Source: Promethearchaeota archaeon
GTDB lineage: Archaea; Asgardarchaeota; Lokiarchaeia; Sigyniarchaeales; SOKP01
Reading direction: 5' to 3'
DNA length: 64,000 nucleotides
Assembly: GCA_048940445.1 (NCBI GenBank)
Contig: JBHLON010000003.1
Location: forward strand, 1 to 64,000
Under the pieces are notes generated by a model, which ran no database searches, was not told the DNA's origin, and saw only the letters and a program-made list of their open reading frames with translations. Below are positions 30,968-39,395 of the stretch, one piece after another. Positions within the stretch are counted from its first letter, which is position 1; each line of letters starts with the position of its first letter. The translations under genes and the position numbers were made by a program.

Positions 30968-31120
30968 ATGTCAGTATTTACAATGGATTTTATTACACTA
31001 ATTATTAGTTATATTTTATTTTGGATTATAATAATAATTTTGATTCTTTACCCAAAATTACGCTTAAGAAGAATAAAGAAAAGAATTAACAATTTAGAAA
31101 AAACCTATAAGAGAGATTAA
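30968..31120 (+). CDS. ccmD: CcmD-like small membrane protein (50 aa, not in ORF track)
   Basis: MSVFTMDFITLIISYILFWIIIIILILYPKLRLRRIKKRINNLEKTYKRD*: one TM with Tyr and a basic tail, between ccmC and ccmE. Confidence 0.7.
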   Translation: MSVFTMDFITLIISYILFWIIIIILILYPKLRLRRIKKRINNLEKTYKRD

Positions 31121-31121
31121 T

Positions 31122-31460
31122 TTGAAGAAAACCAAAATTGTAGCAATTTTAGCAATAATTTTTTCTTTAACTTTAATTGTTGTATTGGTAAGTATCAATA
31201 TACGACCGTATCTTAAAGTTTCTCAAGTTGTATCCAATCCTACAAGTTATGATAATCTTGAAATTCAAGTAATAGGAATTGTACAAGATTTTTCAGGGGG
31301 TAATTTTAACCTAACAGAAAATACAGATAAAATTCTAATTGATGTTTCTCAAACTACAATCCCCAGCGAATTAAACAATGGACTTCAAGTAGTTGTGATG
31401 GGTCAATTTAGCGCGGCTTTGATTTTAATAGCAACCCAAATCCTAACACAGTGTAGTTAA
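31122..31460 (+). CDS. ccmE: Heme chaperone CcmE, Cys-type with truncated C-terminus
   Basis: N-terminal TM, PYLKVSQV, QVIGIV, VVVMG, ATQILTQCS* (Cys at the heme-binding position, no downstream Tyr). Confidence 0.8.
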   Translation: MKKTKIVAILAIIFSLTLIVVLVSINIRPYLKVSQVVSNPTSYDNLEIQVIGIVQDFSGGNFNLTENTDKILIDVSQTTIPSELNNGLQVVVMGQFSAALILIATQILTQCS

Positions 31461-31467
31461 TATTAAT

Positions 31468-32184
31468 CTAATCAAATAACAACTGTTGTGAAACTAAAGT
31501 CAAAATTGAAGCCATAAGTATGATATGGGAACTTAAAAACAAAATTTCATATATTAAATTAGATATTGGAGTTAATTCTAATAATTTAATGTTGATTGAT
31601 ATGATAGGAATTGTTATTGGTAAAATTATAGGAAATAATAAAAGGGGTAAAATAAACGATTTTTTTTTAGCATACATAGTAAGTGCAGAAACTATTGTGC
31701 CACAAATAGATAAATCTATTGTTGGTAAAATAATACCTAAGAGTATGTAATCTAGCAATTGATAAAATTGCATACCAGGCGTTAATGGATTTGAAATAAC
31801 GAAACTAAATAGAAAAAGAATAATCTCAACAACACTTAATAATATAAAACAAAAAACTATTTTGCTGAATATAATCGTAGTAGCAGAAATAGGCGATGAA
31901 ATTAATCCTCCTAGGGTCCCAGATTCGCTTTCCTTAATAAATAATTTGGCCATTATAAAAATAAGAGTAAAAAAAATTATTAACCATATCTCAATTATAA
32001 ATATTTCAAGTGGCATCTGCTGATATTGTGTACTGAAGTTATATATGGATGAGAAAATAAAAATAGAAATAATATCAAAAAGAAATATTGAAAAAATATC
32101 ATGTATTTGGCGAATTTCTGATTTTATATCTTTCTTAATTAGAGCAAAGAATAATTTAATTCTAAATGTAAATTTTATCCTCAT
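31468..32184 (-). CDS. ccmB: Heme exporter permease CcmB
   Basis: KKDIKSEIR, FIKESESGTLGGL..SP, SKI, ILPLLLFPIILP. Confidence 0.85.
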   Translation of the reverse strand: MRIKFTFRIKLFFALIKKDIKSEIRQIHDIFSIFLFDIISIFIFSSIYNFSTQYQQMPLEIFIIEIWLIIFFTLIFIMAKLFIKESESGTLGGLISSPISATTIIFSKIVFCFILLSVVEIILFLFSFVISNPLTPGMQFYQLLDYILLGIILPTIDLSICGTIVSALTMYAKKKSFILPLLLFPIILPITIPIISINIKLLELTPISNLIYEILFLSSHIILMASILTLVSQQLLFD

Positions 32185-32203
32185 TTAATTCCCAACTATT
32201 ATC

Positions 32204-32917
32204 TTAAAAATATGTTTCTATTTCAAATTCTTCAAAATTCTCTTTTGTAATTACTTTATTAATCTTTCCCTTCTTTAAAACAATTAAATCATCACAAATT
32301 TTGGTTAACACCTCTACTTTATGGGTTGTAAGAATTATCGTCAAATCATTACCTTTTCTCAATTTTTGGAGTAAATCTACTAATAACTCACTTGCTTTAA
32401 AATCTAAACCGGAAAATGGTTCATCTAAGAATAAAATTGAAGGTTCAGGCATTAAGACTCTAATTATTTCAACCTTCTGTTTCATTCCGTGAGAAAGATT
32501 CCGAATAGGTTCATCTAACCAATCTCGGATATCAAATAAATTTGTAAACTTTTCTATTTTACGATTAATCTGATCTTTATTAAAATTATAATGTAGGTTT
32601 TCATAAAACTGTAGATTTTCATTGATTGTTAATTCTTCATAAAGAAAAGATTCTTCAGTAGTAATACCAATCGCATTTTTAATAAGACGTGGGTCTTCAT
32701 CAAAATTGTGTCCTTGAATATAAACTTTTCCAGAGGTTGGATTCGTTAATCCTGATAAAATCTTAATTAATGTTGTTTTACCTGCTCCATTTGCTCCAGC
32801 AACTCCAAAAGTTGTATTATTGATCACTTTGAATGAAATATTTTTCAATGCAAAGAAGTATCCAAATTGTTTTGAAATATTTTTACAGTTTATAATTACT
32901 TTATTTTCAATAGCCAA
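32204..32917 (-). CDS. ccmA: Heme exporter ATPase CcmA
   Basis: GANGAGKTT, LSHGMKQK, LFLDEPFSGLD, TTH; adjacent to ccmB. Confidence 0.85.
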   Translation of the reverse strand: MAIENKVIINCKNISKQFGYFFALKNISFKVINNTTFGVAGANGAGKTTLIKILSGLTNPTSGKVYIQGHNFDEDPRLIKNAIGITTEESFLYEELTINENLQFYENLHYNFNKDQINRKIEKFTNLFDIRDWLDEPIRNLSHGMKQKVEIIRVLMPEPSILFLDEPFSGLDFKASELLVDLLQKLRKGNDLTIILTTHKVEVLTKICDDLIVLKKGKINKVITKENFEEFEIETYF

Positions 32918-33027
32918 ATTCTTCGACCTATTATCTTATATTTAATATAGGAGTAAGTTCCTAAATGAAGCAAGTTAATTATCTTAAATTTAAATTAGTA
33001 AATAAAAAAATTTTGCTATTTAAAAGA

Positions 33028-33362
33028 TTATTTAATTAATCTTTTTGTCTTTGAATTCAGCTATAGAATAAGAAGTATAATGGAAATAGCCGAAACCGTG
33101 CCAATTATTAATCCTAAGTCGAATCCTGATACTATTTCTTCTCCAGGATTTACTATATTCCCTGTACATGATACTATTGATAAATATCCAGTATTAGTTT
33201 GAGCTGAAGAGCTGGAGAGCTGAAATGGCAAGATGCCCCAGGAGGGCTTCCATTAAAATTATCAAAATAACTTGGGTAAGTAAAAGTATACCCAGTAAAT
33301 AGCATTAAAGGGTAGATAATAATCATAAAAGGTAAAATTATCCTCTTTTTATTATATCTTAA
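33028..33362 (-). pseudogene. Decayed third paralog of the xxxCH secreted proteins
   Basis: Signal-like KKRIILPFMIIIYPLMLFTGYTFT, then YPSYFDNFNGSPPGASCH; frameshift at an 8-bp triplicated unit (33201-33222); then TNTGYLSIVSCTGNIVNPGEE joined directly to IVSGFDLGLIIGTVSAISIILLIL with internal TAG (33061-33063). Confidence 0.7.
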
Positions 33363-33499
33363 AGATCGCTCTTAATTTGTTAGGGTTATCTCAAACCTTT
33401 AAACTTATTTTTTAGAAAGATTTGTGAATTTAAACTATTGATGCAAAAATCGCAGCTAATTCCCAATAGTTTTTTAATAGTTGAAATTTAATTTTTTTA

Positions 33500-35206
33500 A
33501 TGAATTTTAATAAAAATTCCTTAAGATCAATTCTTATTTATGATTTTGTAATTATTATAACTATCGTTCTCATTATCCCAAATATATTAAACTTTGTTAG
33601 CTTAAATTTAAAAGTTCAAATATTATCTTATCTTGCCAACATCCTAATTATATTAAATATCTTATTTGTGATTGTAGATTTATTCTTTCTAATATGGAAG
33701 AGAGAAAATTATTTCTACCTTCCATCACTCAATATGACTCTATCAATTTCAATTTTCTTGCTTTTGGAATATTGTTTTGTAAATAATTATTATGATTTTG
33801 TGTATGTATGGAGTTATAGTGAATCAAGTTTAGCACTTGTTTATAAAATTGTTGCAATATGGGCAGGTCAAGCTGGTTCAATAATGACATGGATGGTGTT
33901 CAATTCTATAGTAATATTTTTTTATAGAATCAAAAATCAAGATAAAGAGGACAAAGTTTTCATTTGGTCAAGTATTTCTTCTATGCTAATATCTATTGTT
34001 TTTTTAATAATTCTATTTTCCCTTAATCCTTTTGAAGTTGAACCACCTGTATTATTTCCCAATGGCTTTGGACTTAATCCTTCCTTAATGTCTCCTTTTA
34101 TGATTTGGCATCCTTTTTTTACTTTTATAGCATATGCCATCTTTCTAATTCCATTTACAATTAGTATGACAGAAATTATAAAACCGCAATTTTCTTTAAA
34201 AAATCCATATCAACGGGCATTTTATAACTTCTCTTTAAAATTTGGATGGTTAGTTATTACACTAAGTATAGGTCTTGGTGCTTATTGGGCAAAAATCACT
34301 TCTAGTTGGGGTAGATATTGGGGTTGGGATCCAGTAGAGATTGTATCTCTTATTCCGTGGTTTTTTTGCACAGCTTTTTTTCATTCCAATCTATTTAAAG
34401 TAAAAAATGCAAAGATTATTAAAATGAATTCTATTTTGATCTTCCTTTCAATAATTTTTACAACACTGATAACAAGGGGAGGAGGATTAAGTTCGCTACA
34501 CGCATTTACAGGTGAAGGAGAACTAATTTTATGGGTTATAATAATTGGTATTATCCTATTAGTATTAGCATTATATGTGATTTATGAAGTGTTGAATTAC
34601 CTTTTCGAAGAATATCATAAAGTCAAAAGCCTTTTTGATTTATTAAGTTATCTCATTTTATTTTGTCTATCTTTTGTTTGCATTTTCGGCTTAATAATTC
34701 CTCCCTTAACTAGCTTCATATCTAATTTTATCGAAATAAACACGATATACCTTGGTTCAAACTTTTTTAGAATTCCAGCATTTTTATTAGCTATATTATT
34801 AGCAAGTACACTCATTTTCTGTTCTTTATGGGATATATATAAAGTAAAGTGGATTTTTATTACTATATTTATTATATTTTTTATTCAATTGACTATTTCA
34901 ATATTTTTACTATTTCTATTTAATATTTGGATTAATCCATTCATAGCTATCTGTTACTATGCTCTTGTGGCTTCGATATTTAAATTAATAAAGCAAACTG
35001 ACATTAAAATGGGATTTAATAAATTCTTTAGAATAAACTCAAAAACAATTATCCATGCTGGAATATCACTTATTTTAATTGGAAGTTTAATTAATGTTAG
35101 TTACGAAATTGCTCTAAGTATTTTTTACATTTCTGGATTTACATTTTTACTAATTGGGATAATTCCATCTATTTTTATAGTTTTTTTTATTAAAAATAAA
35201 CTTTAA
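33500..35206 (+). CDS. ccmF: Cytochrome c heme lyase CcmF
   Basis: WAGQAGS, GLNPSL, IWHP, GAYWA...WGRYWGWDPVE, FFH, SLHAF, IIHAG. Confidence 0.92.
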   Translation: MNFNKNSLRSILIYDFVIIITIVLIIPNILNFVSLNLKVQILSYLANILIILNILFVIVDLFFLIWKRENYFYLPSLNMTLSISIFLLLEYCFVNNYYDFVYVWSYSESSLALVYKIVAIWAGQAGSIMTWMVFNSIVIFFYRIKNQDKEDKVFIWSSISSMLISIVFLIILFSLNPFEVEPPVLFPNGFGLNPSLMSPFMIWHPFFTFIAYAIFLIPFTISMTEIIKPQFSLKNPYQRAFYNFSLKFGWLVITLSIGLGAYWAKITSSWGRYWGWDPVEIVSLIPWFFCTAFFHSNLFKVKNAKIIKMNSILIFLSIIFTTLITRGGGLSSLHAFTGEGELILWVIIIGIILLVLALYVIYEVLNYLFEEYHKVKSLFDLLSYLILFCLSFVCIFGLIIPPLTSFISNFIEINTIYLGSNFFRIPAFLLAILLASTLIFCSLWDIYKVKWIFITIFIIFFIQLTISIFLLFLFNIWINPFIAICYYALVASIFKLIKQTDIKMGFNKFFRINSKTIIHAGISLILIGSLINVSYEIALSIFYISGFTFLLIGIIPSIFIVFFIKNKL

Positions 35207-35266
35207 TCTATATCTCCTAGTGTTTCAAATAATTCTTTTTCTTTTTATAGTTAGATAAGGTCTTGA

Positions 35267-35343
35267 CTTTCGAGTTTAAACTTTTTTTAAAAAAATTGTT
35301 TCAGTTTGAAACTAAAGATTGATTGATTGTTTAAATTACTCAG
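35267..35343. promoter_or_regulatory. Three phased palindromic operator boxes
   Basis: CTTTCGA-G-TTTAAAC (35267), GTTTCAG-T-TTGAAAC (35298), GTTTAAA-T-TACTCAG (35329); 31-bp spacing. Confidence 0.6.
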
Positions 35344-35472
35344 TTTTGAAAAAAGTTAAAAATTGTTAAGTTTATAATAAAGTTAATTGCCAAACTTTTT
35401 TAAAATTTAAAAATAAGTTTTATTAAGGTTAATATCTGAAATATTGATCAAAAAAAATAATTAAAACTGCTA

Positions 35473-36342
35473 ATGATGTTGAATAAAAAAGTAATTGCAA
35501 TAATCTCAGCTTTTTTTCTAGTTGTTTTTGTCTCAATTTTTTTAAATGGAAGTGCTTTTCCGAGTTATAATCAACCTCATGAAAATTGTCATACTATTCC
35601 GGGAGGTTATTCAATTGAAACTAATATAACTACCTCAAATTCTGTCAACGCTTCATCTATTATTTCATTCAGCATTACAGCTACTGGTTCGAATTTGTTC
35701 ATTCAAGCACCTCCAGATGCTAAACAAAATAATGACTTTACTATTAACCCTACCACCACTAGAATATTAGATAATTCTGTATACGACTTAGATTCTGCTC
35801 TGAATGCAATGACGGTTATATTTAATATAACAGCTCCTTCAGAAGATGGATATTATATTATTCTCATCTTAGCTGGAGATAATTCTGTTTCTGGTAGTCC
35901 GCCTCCTTTCGATTATATAGATATAGCATTTAGTATTGGGGGTGAACTCCCACCAGCTCCAACAATAGATATATTTAATCATTTTGGAATCTATATGGGA
36001 TTGACTGCCTTATTGATATTATCTGTAAGTACAATTTTAGTTTTAATAAATGAGAATAAATTTGTGAAGATCCACGGTATTCTAGCTGGGGTTTCATGGG
36101 GTTTAACCCTTACAAATGTCATATCGCTAGCAATTTTAAATTCTGCAATCTGGACATCATTTTCATTTGGAATCCATTGGCCTCATATAATATTAGGAGG
36201 AGCTGGATTAGTTACCGGGTTCCTCAGTATGTTGTATGGGATCGCAGCAGAGCGAAAGAATGCAAAATTAACTGGCTATATAACTTTAATTTGCTGGTGG
36301 GCTGCTTTCTTTTCTGGCTTTTTAATGGTTCCATTATTTTAA
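35473..36342 (+). CDS. Secreted HxxCH beta-sandwich domain fused to a 4-TM His-containing (cytochrome b561/DUF420-like) domain
   Basis: Signal peptide, mature FPS..., HENCH at 35578-35592; TM helices with NHFG, KIHG and IHWPH. Confidence 0.7.
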   Translation: MMLNKKVIAIISAFFLVVFVSIFLNGSAFPSYNQPHENCHTIPGGYSIETNITTSNSVNASSIISFSITATGSNLFIQAPPDAKQNNDFTINPTTTRILDNSVYDLDSALNAMTVIFNITAPSEDGYYIILILAGDNSVSGSPPPFDYIDIAFSIGGELPPAPTIDIFNHFGIYMGLTALLILSVSTILVLINENKFVKIHGILAGVSWGLTLTNVISLAILNSAIWTSFSFGIHWPHIILGGAGLVTGFLSMLYGIAAERKNAKLTGYITLICWWAAFFSGFLMVPLF

Positions 36343-36348
36343 AAAAAG

Positions 36349-37863
36349 GTGATAAATAAAATGAATTATTCTAATACTAAAGAATTGAATAGTGAAACTA
36401 ATATAGAAGATCAGGAATTTGAGAGAAAAAAAGATAAACAGAATTTTGAAGAGGTACTGAAGGAGTTTATATCTCCTTATCATGTTAGCTCTAATCCTTA
36501 TGAGCTCGAATCTGCATCAGCAGATCTAACTTCACTTCCCTCATATCATTATAAATTCAAAAAAAGTTATTTAGCTAATTTACTTGTTCGTCCTGCAGAT
36601 ACTGCTAGTCTTTCAAAAGTAATAGAAAAATGTAGGGAACGAAATATTCCAGTTACAGTAAGAGCTGCTGGAACATCATGCTTTTCTTCAGCTACTCCCT
36701 CAAAAGGTGGTGTAATAATAGATACAAGGAGACTAAACATGATCCATAATATTGATAAAGATAATATGACAGTTAAAGTAGGGTCTGGTATATCTTGGTT
36801 AAATTTAATTGAAAAACTTGCTGATTATGGTCTCGCACCTAAATGTTATCCTACAAGCTTTAAAACATCATGTGTAGGAGGTTTTATCGCTACTCCAGGA
36901 ACAGCTGGTATAGGAGTATTAAAATATGGAACAATGAAAGATTCAATTATAAATTTAAAACTAGTCCTGCCAGATGGAAAAATCATATCCCTTTCCAAGG
37001 ATTCTAACGGAATGTTTACACTCGAAGATGCATGTGGAACTTATGGGATTTACGGTGCTATAGCTGAGGTTGAATTATCTCTAACTACTTTAAAAACCTC
37101 CCTAGAGATAGTTGGTTATGGGTTTAAATCGATTCATGAAGCGGTCGAATTTTATCAAAATTTGAAAAATGATTCAAATAAACCATTCTTTATATCTATT
37201 TCAGAACGAAAGTTTGAAATATATTCTCATGTTAATTTCCCTGATCAAGATTGGTTAGTTTGGGCTGTCTTTTACGACGATCCAGAGATAACATCTCAAT
37301 GTGTATCTGCATCTGAACGATATGCTTCTGAATTAAATGGAGTGGTAGTCGATAAATCATATTTAAAAGAAAAATGGCGTGATATCAGTGATGCAGAAGT
37401 AGCGATAGGAAGATCAAGTAGAAATTTAATTTTTCAAGAATATTGGATCGCTGATAAGAGATTAGAGTCATTTATCCAAAAATATCTCAACCAAGATAAT
37501 AAATACAAATTTCCAACAGCTTTATATACAATTTCAGGACCTTTAGGGTGGAGTAGGGTGAAAGTTTTTGGATTATCTGATATTGAAAAAACTAGTGAAT
37601 TTTTCACTGTAAAGGCGTTTTTACATGATCTCTCAATTCAGGCATTTGCTCAAGGTGATAGAGTATATACAATAGGAATTGTAAACACGTTTTATTTGTT
37701 TAAATATAGACCACAGTTAGTCTCGAAAATGAAAAAATTAAAAAATTTTCTAGATCCAAAGGATTTATTTAATTCTTATCGAATAGTAAATACTAGATTA
37801 AAATTCTGGAGAATATCATTATTGTTTAATACTGCGAAATTGTTGTATAAAATTTTTAAATAA
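36349..37863 (+). CDS. FAD-binding oxidoreductase (GlcD/D-lactate dehydrogenase-like, PCMH fold)
   Basis: VRP, PVTVRAAGTS, P.KGGVIID, SCVGGFIAT...G....KYG, LVLPDG, LDPKDLFN. Confidence 0.85.
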   Translation: MINKMNYSNTKELNSETNIEDQEFERKKDKQNFEEVLKEFISPYHVSSNPYELESASADLTSLPSYHYKFKKSYLANLLVRPADTASLSKVIEKCRERNIPVTVRAAGTSCFSSATPSKGGVIIDTRRLNMIHNIDKDNMTVKVGSGISWLNLIEKLADYGLAPKCYPTSFKTSCVGGFIATPGTAGIGVLKYGTMKDSIINLKLVLPDGKIISLSKDSNGMFTLEDACGTYGIYGAIAEVELSLTTLKTSLEIVGYGFKSIHEAVEFYQNLKNDSNKPFFISISERKFEIYSHVNFPDQDWLVWAVFYDDPEITSQCVSASERYASELNGVVVDKSYLKEKWRDISDAEVAIGRSSRNLIFQEYWIADKRLESFIQKYLNQDNKYKFPTALYTISGPLGWSRVKVFGLSDIEKTSEFFTVKAFLHDLSIQAFAQGDRVYTIGIVNTFYLFKYRPQLVSKMKKLKNFLDPKDLFNSYRIVNTRLKFWRISLLFNTAKLLYKIFK

Positions 37864-37994
37864 AATCTTCAAAAAGCAGTCAGGATGGAGGTCATTCATA
37901 AAAAATCAATTCAAATAAAATATAACAATTAGACTTAATTAATTATAAAAATATGATTTATATAATATTGTTTAAAATAAGGAGAAAGAGTTAA

Positions 37995-39362
37995 ATGAGC
38001 GAAGGTAAAGAAAAAGATGATATAAGAAATGTAATTACAACAGGTCCTCCGGTAGCTGGTTTAGTGTCACCATCTAAAGAAAATTTAATAGAACCTAAGA
38101 GTAAAAGAAAAGAGGAAAAATATTCTTATGAACGCTGTACTCATTGTGGATATTGTCGACATGTTTGTAGGGTTTATAATACCTCCTGGTCTGAAACAGA
38201 TTATGCAGGTGGACGGAATAGGATTATTAAAGCCCTTGATAGCCACGATATCAAATTTGATAATGAAAAAATAATACCTTCAGTATTTCGTTGTATGCTT
38301 TGTGGTAATTGTAGAGTCGTCTGTCCCGTTGGAATTGATACTTTAGAAGTTTTTCAGACTTTTCGGAAAGCGGTAGTACGGAAAGGTGCTATACCTCCTA
38401 AACTAATAACGCTAAAAAATTCAATTATTGAAAATAATAACCCGTTTTTAGAAAAGCATATTGATAGATTTAATTGGTGTGACGCTTGTGAAGAAGGAAA
38501 AGAAGCATATGAAAGAGCAAAACAAGAATTAGAATCAATAAAGGCTGAAGTCGACTTGGAAGTTCCTAAACGTATACCGGGTAAAGTAGGGTATTTCGTT
38601 GGATGTACTTCTTCCTATAGAAATAAAGAACTGGTAACTGCGACAAGCCAGGTTTTAGCAAAACTCGGAGTTAAATTTGTACTTTTTCCAGAAGAAAGAT
38701 GCTGTGGCTCAGTCTTATTTAGAACTGGGCTTGAAGATGAGGCTCTTGAACTTGTAAAACATAATTACAGAACTATTCTAGAAAGTGGAGTATCTGAATT
38801 AGTATTTTCTTGTTCCGGATGTTTTTCCACATTCACTCTTGAATATACTAAATATGCTGGTCATAAACTTGAATTTGATCTTTATCATCTAACACAATAT
38901 GTGTTAAAGACTGTGAAAGAAAAGAATTTAAAAATTCGATATACAAAGCGCACAAAAGATGATCCCTTACTAATTACATATCATGATCCTTGCCATCTAG
39001 GCAGATATTGTGGAGTTTATGAAGAACCAAGAGAACTTATAAATATGATTGAAGGTATAAAATTATTCGAAATGAAGCATAATCGAGATATGTCATGGTG
39101 CTGTGGAGCAGGTGGTGGTGTAAAAGCGTTATATGGTGAAATTGCTGGTGAGATTGGGAGAGATAGATTAACTGAAACTCGTACTTGCATGGTAAGAATA
39201 CGAGAGGATCGTCTAAAGGAAGCATTAGAAACTAATGCTGAAGTTCTTGTGAGCTCCTGTGTTTTTTGTAAAAACAATTTGTTTGAAGTTGCAACTGAAG
39301 ATAACTCACCTATAAAAGTCATGGATATTTCACAACTTCTAAACGATTGTGAATTCTATTAA
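37995..39362 (+). CDS. Fe-S oxidoreductase with two 4Fe-4S motifs and two CCG domains (GlcF/HdrD-like)
   Basis: CTHCGYCRHVC, CMLCGNCRVVCP, YFVGC, CCG, CSGC, YHDPCHLGR, CCGAGGG, CVFC. Confidence 0.9.
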   Translation: MSEGKEKDDIRNVITTGPPVAGLVSPSKENLIEPKSKRKEEKYSYERCTHCGYCRHVCRVYNTSWSETDYAGGRNRIIKALDSHDIKFDNEKIIPSVFRCMLCGNCRVVCPVGIDTLEVFQTFRKAVVRKGAIPPKLITLKNSIIENNNPFLEKHIDRFNWCDACEEGKEAYERAKQELESIKAEVDLEVPKRIPGKVGYFVGCTSSYRNKELVTATSQVLAKLGVKFVLFPEERCCGSVLFRTGLEDEALELVKHNYRTILESGVSELVFSCSGCFSTFTLEYTKYAGHKLEFDLYHLTQYVLKTVKEKNLKIRYTKRTKDDPLLITYHDPCHLGRYCGVYEEPRELINMIEGIKLFEMKHNRDMSWCCGAGGGVKALYGEIAGEIGRDRLTETRTCMVRIREDRLKEALETNAEVLVSSCVFCKNNLFEVATEDNSPIKVMDISQLLNDCEFY

Positions 39363-39395
39363 AAGAAAATTTTAATACACTTTTTCTTTTTCATC

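Noticed and set aside
35267-35343. GTTTCA...TTGAAAC words resembling CRISPR repeat ends
   Set aside because: No identical 25-40-bp repeats with unique spacers and no cas genes; better explained as operator boxes.
39150-39225. 15-aa near-duplication (IGRDRLTE/IREDRLKE) with a hairpin in the CCG protein, considered as an intron
   Set aside because: No complementary 4-mers 45 nt apart forming a BHB in the registers I checked; looks like an old tandem duplication.
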